DNA of 64,000 bases, taken from Dipteris shenzhenensis. Its lineage: Eukaryota. The notes under the pieces were generated by a model, which saw nothing but the letters and a program-made list of their open reading frames with translations, made no database searches and was not told the origin of the DNA. Both the position numbers and the translations under genes were made by a program. The DNA is taken from assembly GCA_047967505.1 (NCBI GenBank), contig CM106538.1; one strand, given 5' to 3'. This document shows, piece after piece, positions 49,328 to 62,919 of the stretch (position 1 is the stretch's first letter; each line of letters begins with the position of its first letter).

Positions 49328-52300
49328 TGTGGGGGTTAAAGGTCATTGTGCCTTAACCCCGGTTATGTACAATACTCAAACACATATATAAATGAATGAA
49401 AAAGAAGATTAGGGTGGTTCTGCACCCACCAAAACTTGTGTGGCTCTCTGTCTCCCTCTCTCTCTCTCTCCTTCTTCCGTTCTTGCTTCCGTTGAGAACA
49501 CTCTCAACTGGTATCAGAGCCCGGGTGATCTAGCTGAGCGTGCGTGAATGCTTGAAGCTCAGCAGCTTTGTGGGAGGAAGGAGAAGCTCTGTGGGAAGCT
49601 TTGTGGGCGACTTCGAGTGTGCAGAGACCTTGGAGGAACATTTGGAAAAGTCACTTTGGCTTTGCGAAGTGGTTTTGAGAGCCTCTTAAGAGCTTTCAAA
49701 GAAAAAGTCGTTTTTTGAGCTTTTCCTTGTTCTGTTCGATGACAGAGACTCTGTATTGACTTGTAGAGGCAACTATTGCTTGCTTTTGGTGTCCACATTA
49801 CTTCAGGAGCTTGGAAACACCTTCATTCTTGAATCTGGGATCATTTCAGTGGAGTTCTGACTCACTGTGTCAGTTCCTGCGTTTTTTGCCCGGGTGTTGG
49901 AACTCAAGTTTGGAGCAACCATTTGCAGATCTGTCAGTTCCAGTGGACTCAAGAGGTCCTAAAACTTCTATGTTGCTCATCATTCGCACTCCGGTGGAGT
50001 TCACAGACAGCTCTATTTCCAAAAACGTTTTTCAGTCCGTATGTTGGACCCAGTGATTGAGACCACGGTTTCCAAAACCGTCTGTCCCATTGCGTTCCGG
50101 ACGCCCAAAAATTCCTACCCATCAGTTCTTGCGTGATTCGGTGGAGGATTTTCAGAGTTATAAATCTCTGTGTATTCGATTTCGTCTCTCTGTTATGCAT
50201 TTTTCATACTAAGGTTTTGAAACCTTAGATTTATGCCACATGGCAGTGGATAAGTGTTGACTCCCATTTCTCACTCATCGGTTGGGATTTTGGAGTTCTG
50301 GCAGAAGAGAGATATTTGCAGATTTTCTTGCCGAGTCCGATTATGCAATGGCGCCCATGTTTTGAGGCATCTCAGGTTTTATTTTCAGCAGCGGTCATTA
50401 CTGTGGGACCATGATTTCCTGAGCATACCTTATGCAGATCACTCTAGTTGCAGTTTGAGCATTGTTGTGCGCTCATTTGTGGTATGCATTGGGTTGCAGT
50501 GGATGATTTATAGGCCATTTGGATGCATTGCGGTCCTTGTTGGATGCGCTGATAGGCCCAAATTGCCTTGTGGGATGCTATTTTTTTATGGACGCTTTGC
50601 ACATGGATGCTATTTTAAGCTGAGGGATAGCTTTGACACATTGCAGGTGATGCACTGATAGTGCTATGCTCTCTTGGATGAGATATTATTGATGCATATG
50701 CCAGTGGATGGTGTTTATGCTTGAGTCATTTGGCACTTATTGGCATTTTCTTTTGGGTCAGATTTGCTCATATGGATGCATAGTATATGCACATGAGTCA
50801 GATGCATCTTTTGATGCTTTGAGCTTTGAGTTTTTTGTGATATTTCAGTCTATTGTGGCATACACATTTGGGTGCACCTGGTATTTGGTGTGATTCTCTC
50901 TTGCAGGCACTAGCATTTGGGATTTTGCTTTATTTGCATCATGGCATCCTCTTCCATGTCTGAAAAGGAGTTTTTCAGCATTAAAAAGTTTGATGGGACA
51001 AACTTTTCTTTGTGGAAAGAACAAATAAGGGATGTGCTTATTCAAAAGAAGCAGATTAAACCCTTGGCAGGTATTGAAGCTAAGCCTGCGGATATGTTTG
51101 AGGATGATTGGAATGAGTTGGATGCATTAGCAAAGTCTACTATTAGACTTCATCTTGCAGAGTCAGTTTATTTCACAGCAGTAAATGAGCAGACTACGGA
51201 AGATTTGTGGAAGAAACTGTGTGCCACTTATGAGAAGGAAGCTGCCTCTAATAAAGTTTACCTCATGAAGAGGTGGTTTGAACTGCAGATGAAGGAAGGG
51301 GTCTCCATTGCTTCTCACTTGAATGAATTCAATATTATTTTCAGCCAGCTTCAGGCTCAGAAAATGAATTTTGATGCGGAGACTAAGGCAGTATTTCTCT
51401 CTATGTTCATTGCCATCCTCATGGGATACCTTCCGTACAGCTGTCAGTAACTCTGCACCTGGTGGAGTATTGAAATTTGATGATGTTGTGGGTAGCTTGT
51501 TGGCCGAGGAGATTAGACAGAAGTCTATGGATGGCAACAAGCAGGATGCAGCCTTAAATGTGCAAAGGGGCAGATCACAGTTCAGGGGGAAGTCCCAAGA
51601 AAGAGGGAAGTCTCGTAGCAAATCCGGGGCACGGAACATTGAGTGTTACCATTGTGGCAAGAAGGGCCATAGGATTGCTACAAGCTGAAAAGAGAGCAAA
51701 AGGATAAGAAAAAGAATGCAAATTGGGGTGCAAATCAAAAGGAAGAGAGTCCAAGGGAGGACAAAGGACAAGTGAAGGTCAAGGAGATCAATGCAGTCAC
51801 ACATGATAGTGACAATGACGTTCTCTTCATGTCTAGTTTATCTGCAGAGTTGCTTACCACTTCAGATGATGCATATTCCCAGGATTGGATTTTGGATTCT
51901 GGTGCTTCATTCCATGTTACTCCCCATAGGGAATGGTTCTCCACTTATGATAGTGGAAAGACAGGTTGTGTGCATTTTAGAAATGACTATGCATGTGACA
52001 TAGTGGGAGCAGGTGACATAAAGTTTTCTTTTGCAAATGGGTCTACATTTGTTTTGAAACATGTGAGACATGTGCCTAAGCTGACCAAGAGTCTTATTTG
52101 AGTGGGTCAGCTAGATGATGCTGGTTTTCAAACCAATTTTGGCTTTCAAAGTTGGAAAATTCAAAAGGGCTCTATGCTTTTGGCCAGGGGTGCCAAGTGT
52201 GGGACTTTGTATCCCTTACATGTATCAGGGGTATTTGATCATGTTGTTGCAATAACCAAGTAGCCAAGCACTTCTTTGTGGCATTGCAGGTTGGGGCACA

Positions 52301-55235
52301 TGAGCCAGAATGGAATGAAACTCTTATCTCGTTTGGGTTATGTACCGCATTTGAGTTTCTCTGATTTTAAATTTTGTGAGCATTGTCTCTATGGGAAGCA
52401 GACTAAATCAGCCCATAAAAGAAGGGGAAAGAAAGAGTTTGAAATGCTTGATTTGGTGCATTCAGACGTATGTGGTCCCATGCCTACACGGTCATTAGGC
52501 GGGGCTGAATACTATGTGACATTCATTGATGATGCAACTAGGAAAGTGTGGGCTTATGCTATAGCTCGGAAGAGTGATGTGTTCCAGGTATTTCAGAAAT
52601 GGCTGGCCTTGGTTGAGAATCAGTCAGGTAGAACGCTTAAATGCCTACGGACTGACAATGGTGGAGACTATCTCTCTCATGACTTTCAGCATTTCTGTGA
52701 TACACGTGGGATTAAGAGGGAGCTTACATCCCCTCGTACTCCAGAGCAAAATCCAGTTGCAGAAAAGATGAACCGTACCATTCAAGAAAGGTTGCAATGC
52801 ATGCTTTCCAATGCAAGTCTTTCTAGTGGGTTTTGGGCTGAGGCAATGAAGACTGCAGTGCATGTGATCAATAGATCACCTAGTAAGAGTTTGGATGGTG
52901 GTATTCCTGAAGAGGCATGGAGTGGCAAGAAGCCCTCTTACTCTCATTTGCGTATATTTGGGTGTGAGTCATATGCACATGTGCCAAAAGAGCTTCGAAA
53001 GAAGCTAGATCCTAAGTCTAGGAAATGCATCTTTCTGGGTTATGGTGAAAGTGGAGAGATGGGCTATCGTCTCTGGGATCCAGAAGCAAAGAAGATAATA
53101 CGCAGCCATGATGTGGTCTTCAATGAGAAGAAGATGCATAAGGCACCCATGAGGGATGTGGAAATGAGGAGAATCACTTTCCACGATGTGAATCCACCTG
53201 CATATGTTGATAGACAACAAGCTGTCCATGCACCAACAAATGTGCAAGAAATGGTACCACCAAGTACTCCCACAGGTATACAATCAAGGGTAGATGATGG
53301 ATCATCTATTGGTGGAAATGATGAGCCAAATGTGGCTGATATGCAAATGGGACAGCAAGCTGAAATGCCCTTGAGAAGATCATCTAGAGTGTCTAGACCG
53401 CCTGATAGGTTTGTTCTAGGGGTAGACTATGTGATGCTTACTGATTGCGGGGAGCCTTCTTGCTACAAACAGGCTATGATGCGTAAGGATCAACGCAAGT
53501 GGGAGTATGCTATGCAATCAGAGATGAGTTCACTTATGAAGTATAAGACTTGGGACTTGGTTTCTTTGCCACATGGAAAGAAAGCATTGCCATGTAAATG
53601 GGTCTACAAAATGAAGGTCACAGGTGATGATGTGCCTAGGTACAAGGCTCGTTTGGTTTTCTAAAGGGTTCAAGCAAGAGAAGGGTGTGGACTTTGATGA
53701 GATATTCTCTCCGGTTGTGAAGATGACCACACTTAGATGCATGCTTGGACTAGTGGCAGTAGAGGATATGGAGCTTATGCAAATGGATGTCAAGACAGCT
53801 TTCTTGCATGGGGATTTGCATGAGGAAATTTACATGGTGCAGCTGGAAGGCTTTGAAGAAAAGGGCAAAGAGCATTTAGTTTGCAAGCTAAAGAAGAGTG
53901 TCTATGGTCTTAAGCAAGCACCTAGAGAATGGTATCAGAAGTTTGATGCTTTCATTCGGTCCCAGGGTTTTAGAAGGAGTGAAATTGATCACTGCCTCTA
54001 CACTAAAAGGGCTAAGGATAATAGCCTGATAATCTTGGCACTATATGTGGATGATATGCTATTGGCTAGCAAGAATACTTATGAGCTAGATGCTTTAAAG
54101 GCCAAGTTGCATGAGGCCTTTGATATGAAGGATTTGGGACTTGCAGGTCATATTCTTGGTATGCGCATCACGCGTGATCGGAGTAGGAAACTCCTTTGGC
54201 TTTCACAAAAAGAGTATGTTACAAAAGTCTTGCAGCGTTTCAATATGGAGGGGGGGAAGGCAGTGAGTACTCCATTGCCTCCATATGTGAAACTGAGTCA
54301 TACAGATAGTCCCAAATCAGATGAGGAGAGGGCCATGATGGCCAAGGTTCCTTATGCATCAGCGGTTGGGAGTCTTATGTATGCTATGATAGCTACTAGA
54401 CCAGACATTGCATTTGCAGTGGGAGTTGTTAGCCGGTATATGGCTAATCCAGGAAAGAGGCATTGGGAGGCAGTTAAGTGCATCATGAGGTACATGAAGG
54501 GTACTAAGGAGATGTGCATTTGCTTTGGTAAAGGAGACATGCGTGTACTTGGGTACACAGATTCAGACTATGCAGGGCATGTGGATAGTAGGAGATCCAC
54601 TTCTGGTTATGTGTTCACCTTTGCAGGTGGTGCAGTGTCGTGGATGTCTCGCGCACAGAAGTGCGTTGCTTTGTCTACCACAGAGGCTCAGTATGTTGCA
54701 GCCACAGAGGGTTGCAAGGAGGCTATATGGCTTGATCGGCTAGTGGGAGATTTGGGGATTCATACAGGTGTACCGACATTGCATAGTGATTCCATGAGTG
54801 CTATTCAGCTAGCACGGAATCTGGTCTTTCATGCAAAGACCAAACACATTGAGGTGAGGTACCATTTCATCAGGGAGGTACTTGAGGACAAGCGCATAGA
54901 GCTTGTCAAGGTTCATACAGATGATAACCCTGCAGATATGCTGACGAAGAGTCTACCTAGTCAGCGGTTTGAGTATTGTCGTGTATTGATGGGCATTGGA
55001 TAGTATGCTCACTAGTTATTCTCCCTTAAAGGCACATTGTCCTTTAAGTGGGAGGTTGTGGGGGTTAAAGGTCATTGTGCCTTAACCCCGGTTATGTACA
55101 ATACTCAAACACATATATAAATGAATGAAAAAGAAGATTAGGGTGGTTCTGCACGCACCAAAACTTGTGTGGCTCTCTGTCTCCCTCTCTCTCTCTCTCC
55201 TTCTTCCGTTCTTGCTTCCGTTGAGAGCACTCTCA
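49328..55235 (+). mobile_element. Full-length Ty1/Copia element A (Tnt1/Tork-like)
   Basis: 179-bp LTRs 49328-49506 and 55057-55235 (2 mismatches), TSD CACAG, PBS 49509-49520, PPT before 55057, gag-PR-INT-RT-RH order. Confidence 0.97.
50941..55003 (+). pseudogene. Copia A gag-pol polyprotein, with a few frameshifts and stops
   Basis: KFDGTNFSLWK, CYHCGKKGH, WILDSGASFH, LVHSDVCGP, LYVDDML, YTDSDYAG, HAKTKHIEVRYH. Confidence 0.93.
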
Positions 55236-58200
55236 CACAGCTCTAATGGGATTCACCTTTCTTACTCGGTAGGGTCCTTGACCTAGATACTTCAGGTTCC
55301 CCTTGTGTACTTTTGCATTGTATAACAAGACCAAGTCACCTTCCTTGATGTCTTTAGCTTTAACATTTCTATCAAGCCATGCCTTTCTCCTGCGTTTTTT
55401 TGTTGTCATGGCATGGTAGGTGACTAGTCTTGTCTCTATATGCTTCTCCAACTGATACAGTGTTTCTTTCAAGGATTCATGGTGTCCCATGCGTTCCTGT
55501 ACTACTATGCGTAGGCTTGGTATCACAAATTCTAGTGGGACCATAGCTTCAAGGCTATACACCAATTGAAAATGTGTGTTCCCTGTACTGACCTTGAGGT
55601 GGTTTGGTATGCTCATAAGTCTGCATTTAGTTTTTCTACCCAATCAGAACGCTATGGTTTACTACCTTGGTGAGGATAATTCATAATATTTTGTTGGTGG
55701 ATTTGGCCTATCCATTCCCTTGGGGGTAGTAGGGTGTGCTTTTTCTATGGATTACCATAAAGCCAGACAAGAGTTCTTAGATTAACTCATTGACAAAATG
55801 TGTGCCTCTATCCGACACAATTTCAATGGGGCATCTGAATCAGGTGATCACATTCTCGTATAAGAATCTTGTTGTGCTTCTAGCATCTGCCTTTCTGATT
55901 GCTTTAGCTTTAGCCCATTTGGTAAAGTAATTAGTGGCCACAATGATGTAGCGTGCCTGTGTTCCTTTTGCTATTGGATGGATGGGACCCACATAGTCAA
56001 TCCCCCATTTTTCAAATGGTTTTTGTGCAACAACTATTGTTAGGGGATTGAAGTCTTTGTATTGTGGTGAGGTTGTGGTTTAGTAGTCCGTTGGCGTACA
56101 TCACAGCCTTTTACATATTCATAGGCATATGCCCACAGTGTTGGCCACCAGTAGCTTGCGAGGAGGAATTTTCTCCGAAATTTCTTAACACTTGATTGGT
56201 CCTTATGAGCAATTTGCACTTGGTTATAGCCATTGAAGCCATCCAAGAAGCTATATATTTAAGAACCTGCCACCTTTTCCAACACTGTTTCTGTTAAGGG
56301 TAGGGGATAGTGATCCCTAATTATGGAGACATTCACATTCTTTAAGTTTACACCTATTCTAAGCTTCTTGTTGTGTTTAGGCACAATGGCGATGGGTGAA
56401 ACCCAATCAATGTGCTCTATCTCGTAGATGAATCCAGCATCTAAGAGTTTTTCCAGGTCGTCATAAACCATGGTGCCATACTTAGGATTTGTGCAATAAG
56501 GTCCGCATACCTTAGGGTGGGCACCTTCCCTTATAAGTATCGTGTGTACTACCACGTTTGGTGAAATTCCTTTCATCTCTATGTATGACCATGCTAGGTA
56601 GTCACAGTATTCCATTAGGAGTGCTTTGAGTTTGGTTTCATCTTCTTGTCGAGCGAAGCTATTTCCCAATGAAAATCAATTTTTCTTCCTCCCCTTCAAG
56701 GGCGAGGTTTATTGTGCGAGTTTTTGCCGGTCCCTCATAGATTGGAGTTTCTTCAATGCTATTGGTTTCTTGAACTTCAGATTCTCTTAGTGGTCTTGGC
56801 ATTGCTATTGGGACACTTCCACTTGTGTAATTCTTGAAGTACTCTGGCACTTCTCGAAGATCAACCTTTGATGGTGTTGAACTAGCCTAACATGTGCCAT
56901 GTTTACTGGGTGGAATAGTTTCAGTTACCAATTTGTTAGGCTCTTTTTGACTTTCATTTTCTAAAGTCTCTTGATGAGCTTCATCTGCACATAAGGCTTA
57001 TACTTCTGAAACTTCTTACGTTGGGAATTGTGTGGGGGTTAAAGGTCACTGTGCCTTTACCCCGGTTATGTACAATACTTAAACACATATATAAATTAAT
57101 GAAAAAGAAGATTAGGGTGGTTCTGCACCCACCAAAACTTGTGTGGCTCTTTGTCTCTCTCTCTCTCCTTCTTCCGTTCTTGCTTCCGATGAGAGCACTC
57201 TCAACTGGTATCAGAGCCCGGGTGATCTAGCTGAGCATGCGTGAATGCTTGAAGCTCAGTAGCTCTGTGGGAGGAAGGAGAAGCTCTATGGGAAGCTTTG
57301 TGGGTGACTTTACTTGCATCCGAGTGTGCAGAGACCTTGGAGGAACATTTGGAAAAGTCACTTTGGCTTTGCGAAGTGGTTTTGAGAGCCTGTTAAGAGC
57401 TTTCAAAGAAAAAGTCGTTTTTTGAGCTTTTCCCTGTTCCGTTTGATGACAGAGACTCCATATTGATTTGTAGAGGCAACTATTGCTTGCTTTTGGTGTC
57501 CACATTACTTCAGGAGCTTGAAAACACCTTCATTCTTGAATCTGGGATCATTTCATTGGATTTCTGACTCACTATGTCAGTTCCTGCGTTTTTTGCCCGG
57601 GTGTTGGAACTCAAGTTTAAAGCAGCCATTTGCAGATCTGTCAGTTCCGGTGGACTCAGGAGTCCTAAAACTTCTATGTTGCTCATCATTCGCACTCCGG
57701 TGGAGTTTACAGATAGCTCTGTTTCCAAAAACGTTTTTCAGTCCGTGTGTTGGACCCAGTGATTGAGACCACGGTTTCCAAAACCGTCTGTCCCATTGCG
57801 TTCCGAACGCCCAAAAACCCCTACCTATCAGTTCTTGCGTGATTCGGTGGAGGATTTTCAGAGTTATAGATCTCTGTGTATTCGATTCCGTCTCTCTGTT
57901 ATGCATTTTTCATTCTAAGGTTTTGAAACCTTAGATTTATGCCACATGGCAGTGGATAAGTGTTGACTCCCATTTCTCACTCATCGGTTGGGATTTTGGA
58001 GTTCTGGCAGAAGAGAGATATTTGCAGATTTTCTTGCTGATTCCGATTATGCAATGGCGCCCATGTTTTGAGGCATCTCAGGTTCTATTTTCAGTAGCGC
58101 TCATTACCGTGGGACTATGATTTCTTGAACATACCTTATGCAGATCACTCTGGTTGCAGTTTGAGCAGTGTGCGCTCATTCATGGTGTGCATTGGGTTGC

Positions 58201-58641
58201 AGTGGATGATTTATAGGCCATTTGGATGCATTGCGGTCCTTATTGGATGTGCTGATAGGCCCAAATTGCCTTGTGGGATGCTATTTTTATGGACGCTTTG
58301 CACATGGATGCAATTTTAAGCTGAGGGATAGCTTTGACACATTGCAGGTGATGCACTGATAGTGCTATGCTCTCTTGGATGAGATATTATTGATGCATAT
58401 GCCAGTGGACGGTGTTTATGCTTGAGTCATTTGGCACTTATTGGCATTTTCTTTTGGGCCAGATTTGCTCATATGGATGCATAGTATATGCACATGAGTC
58501 AAATGCATCTTTTGATGCTTTGAGCTTTGAGTTTTTTGTGATATCTCAGAATATTGTGGCATACACATTTGGGTGCACCTGGTATTTGGTGTGATTCTCT
58601 CTTGCAGGCACTAGCATTTGGGATTTTGCTTTATTTGCATC

Positions 58642-61600
58642 ATGGCATCCTCTTCCATGTCTGAAAAGGATTTTTTCAGCATTAAAAAGTTTGATGGGAC
58701 AAACTTTTCTTTGTGGAAAGAACAAATAAGGGATGTGCTTATTCAAAAGAAGTAGATTAAACCCTTGGCAGGTATTGAAGCTAAGCCTGCGGATATGTCT
58801 GAGGATGATTGGAATGAGTTGGATGCATTAGCAAAGCTCGGGGGGGTCACTCATCATATGTAACCCTATCACGTGAGTTCAAAAGAAGGATATTTTTTAT
58901 TCCTAAAATTTACAGAAATAAATATACATAAGGGACTATTTAAAATAGTTTTGGAAAAAATTTACAGATTTGTATAGAAAAGGGGTACATTTTATTAATG
59001 AAAAAATTTACAGATAAGGGATTTTAAATATAGGCCTTGAACGCACGTGATATAGAGGGTTTATACATAGTGACCCCCCCGAGTAGCAAAGTCTACTATT
59101 AGACTTCATCTTGCAGAGTCAGTTTATTTCACATTAGTAAATGAGCAGACTACGGAAGATTTGTGGAAGAAACTGTGTGCCACTTATGAGAAGGAAATCG
59201 CCTCTAATAAAGTTTACCTCATGAAGAGGTTGTTTGAGCTGTAGATGAAGGAAGGGGTCTCCATTGCTTCTCACTTGTATGAATTCAATATTATTTTCAG
59301 CCAGCTTCAGGCTCAGAAAATGAATTTTTATGCAGAGACTAAGGCAATATTTCTCTTATGTTCATTGCCATCCTCATGGGATACCTTCCGTACAGCTGTC
59401 AGTAACTCTGCACCTGGTGGAGTGCTGAAATTTGATGATGTTGTGGGTAGCTTGTTGGCCGAGGAGATTAGACGGAAGTCTATGGATGGCAACAAGCAGG
59501 ATGAAGCCTTAAATGTGCAAAGGGGCAGATCACAGTTCAGGGGGAAGTCCCAAGAAAGAGGAAAGTCTCGTAGCAAATCCAAGGCACGGAACATTGAGTG
59601 TTACCATTGTGGCAAGAAGGGCCATATGAAAAAGGATTGCTACAAGCTAAACGAGAGCAAAGGCATAAGAAAAAGAATGCAAATTGGGGTGCAAATCAAA
59701 AGGAAGAGAGTCCAAGGGAGGACAAAGGAAAAGTGAAGATCGAGGAGATCAATGCAGTCACACATGATAGTGATAATGACGTTCTCTTCATGTCTAGTTT
59801 ATCTGCAGAGTTGCTTACCACTTCAGATGATGCATATTCCCAGGATTGGATTTTGGATTCTAGTGCTTCATTCCATGTTACTCCCCATAGGGAATGGTTC
59901 TCCACTTATGACAGTGGAAAGACAGGTTGTGTGCATCTTGGAAATGACTATGCATGTGACATAGTGGGAGTAGGTGACATAAAGTTTTCTTTTGCAAATG
60001 GGTCTGCATTTGTTTTGAAACATGTGAGACATGTGCCTAAGCTGACCAAGAGTCTTATTTCAGTGGGTCAGCTAGATGATGCTGGTTTTGACACCACTTT
60101 TGGCTTTCAAAGTTGAAAAATTCAAAACGGCTCTATGCTTTTGGCTAGGGGTGCCAAGTGTGGGACTTTGTATCCCTTACATGTATCAGGGGTATTTGAT
60201 CATGTCGTTGCAATAACCAAGCAGCCAAGCACTTCTTTGTGGCATTGCAGGTTGGGGCACATGAGCCAGAATGGAATGAAACTCTTATGCCGTTTGGGTT
60301 ATGTACCGCATTTGAGTTTCTCTCATTTTGAATTTTGTGAGCACTGTCTCTATGGGAAGTAGACTAAATCAGCCCATAAAAGAAGGGGAAAGAAGGAGTT
60401 TGAAATGCTTGATTTGGTGCATTCAGACGTATGTGGTCCCATGCCTACACGGTCATTAGGCGGGGCTGAATACTATGTGACATTCATTGATGATGCAACT
60501 AGGAAAGTGTGGGCTTATGCTATAGCTCGGAAGAGTGATGTGTTCCAGGTATTTCAGAAATGGCTGGCCTTGGTTGAGAATCAGTCAGGTAGAATGCTTA
60601 AATGCCTACGGACTGACAATGGTGGAGAGTATCTCTCTCATGACTTTCAGCATTTCTGTGATACTCATGGGATTAAGAGGGAGCTTACATCCCCTCGTAC
60701 TCCAGAGCAAAATCTAGTTGCAGAAAAGATGAACCGTTGCAATGCATGCTTTCCAATGCAAGTCTTTATGGTGGTTTTTGGGCTGAGGCAATGAAGACTG
60801 CAGTGCATGTGATCAATAGATCACTTAGTAAGAGTTTGGATGGTGGTATTCCTGAAGAGGCATGGAGTGGCAAGAAGCCCTCTTACTCTCATTTGCGTAT
60901 ATTTCGGTGTGAGGCATATGCACATGTGCCAAAAGAGCTTCGAAAGAAACTAGATCCTAAGTCTAGGAAATGCATCTTTCTGGGTTATGGTGAAAGTGGA
61001 GAGATGGGCTATCGTCTCTGGGATCCAGAAACAAAGAAGATCATACGTAGCCATGATGTGGTCTTCAATGAGAAGAAGATGCATAAGGCACCCATGAGGG
61101 ATGTGGAAATGAGGAGAATCACTTTCCAGGATGTGAATCCACCTGCATATGTTGATAGACAGCAAGCTATCCATGCACCAAATGTGCAAGAAATGGTACC
61201 ACCAAGTACTCCCACAAATATACAATCAAGGGTAGATGATGGATCATCTATTGGTGGAAATGATGAGCCAAATGTGGCTGATATGCAAGTGGGACAGCAA
61301 GCTGAAATGCCCTTGAGAAGATCATCTAGAGTGTCTAGACCGCCTGATAGGTTTGTTCCAGGGGTAGACTATGTGATGCTTACTGATTGCGGGAAGCCTT
61401 CTTGCTACAAAGAGGCTATGATGCGTGAGGATCAACGCAAGTGGGAGTATGCTATGCAATCAGAGATGAGTTCACTTATGAAGAATAAGACTTGGGACTT
61501 GGTTTCTTTGCCACATGGAAAGAAAGCATTGCCATGTAAATGGGTCTACAAAATGAAGGTCACAGGTGATGATGTACCTAGGTACAAGGCCTGTTTGGTT

Positions 61601-62919
61601 GCTAAAGGGTTCAAGCAAGAGAAGGGTGTGGACTTTGATGAGATTTTCTCTTCAGTTGTGAAGATGACCACACTTAGATGCATGCTTGGACTATGCAAAT
61701 GGATGTCAAGACAGCTTTCTTGCATGGGGATTTGCATGAGGAAATTTACATGGTGCAGCCGGAAGGCTTTGAAGAAAAGGGCAAAGAGCATTTAGTTTGC
61801 AAACTGAAGACGAGTCTCTATGGTCTTAAGCAAGCACATAGAGAATGGTATCAGAAGTTTGATGCTTTCATTCGGTCCCAGGGTTTTAGAAGGAGTGAAA
61901 TTGGTCACTGCCTCTACACTAAAAGGGCTAAGGATAATAGCCTGATAATCCTGGCACTATATGTGGATGATATGCTATTGGTTAGCAAGAATACTTATGA
62001 GCTAGATGCATTAAAGGCCAAGTTGCATGAGGCCTTTGATATGAAGGATTTGGGACTTGCAGGTCATATTCTTGGTATGCGCATCACGCGTGATCTGAGT
62101 AGGAAACTCCTTTGGCTTTCACAAAAAGAGTATGTTACAAAAGTATTGCAGCGTTTCAATATGGAAGGGGGGAAGGCAGTGAGTACTCCATTGGCTCCAT
62201 ATGTGAAACTGAGTCATACAGATAGTCCCAAATCAGATGAGGAAAGGGCCATGATGGCCAAGGTTCCTTATGCATCAGCAGTTGGGAGTCTTATGTATGC
62301 TATGATAGCTACTAGACCAGACATTGCATTTGCTGTGGGAGTTGTTAGCCGCTATATGGCTAATCCAGGAAAGAGGAATTGGGAGGCAGTTAAGTGCATC
62401 ATGAGGTACATGAAGGGTACCAAGGAGATGTGCATCTGCTTTGGTAAAGGAGACATGCGTGTACTTGGGTACACAGATTCAGACTATGCAGGGCATGTGG
62501 ATAGTAGGAGATCCACTTCTGGTTATGTGTTCACCTTTGCAGGTGGGGCAGTGTCGTGGATGTCTCATGCACAGAAGTGCGTGGCTTTGTCTACCACAGA
62601 GGCTGAGTATGTTGCAGCCACAGAGGGTTGCAAGGAGGCTATATGGCTTGATCGGCTAGTGGGAGATTTGGGGATTCATACAGGTGTACCGACATTGCAT
62701 AGTGATTCCATGAGTGCTATTCAGCTAGCACGGAATTCGGTCTTTCATGCAAAGACCAAACACATTGAGGTCAGGTACCATTTCATCAGGGAGGTACTTG
62801 AGGACAAGCGCATAGAGCTTGTCAAGGTTCATACAAATGATAACCCTGCAGATATGCTGACGAAGAGTCTACCTAGTCAGCGGGTTGAGTATTGTCGTGT
62901 ATTGATGGGCATTGGATAG
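58642..62919 (+). pseudogene. Copia B gag-pol polyprotein, disrupted by a MITE, stops and small deletions
   Basis: Same motifs as A; ORF pieces 59245-62919. Confidence 0.93.
58837..59083 (+). mobile_element. MITE subfamily A, 247 bp, inserted in Copia B gag
   Basis: Perfect TIRs and TSD tagcaaag (58829-58836, 59084-59091). The empty site is present in Copia A at ~51128. Only 2 differences from 14591-14837. Confidence 0.96.
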
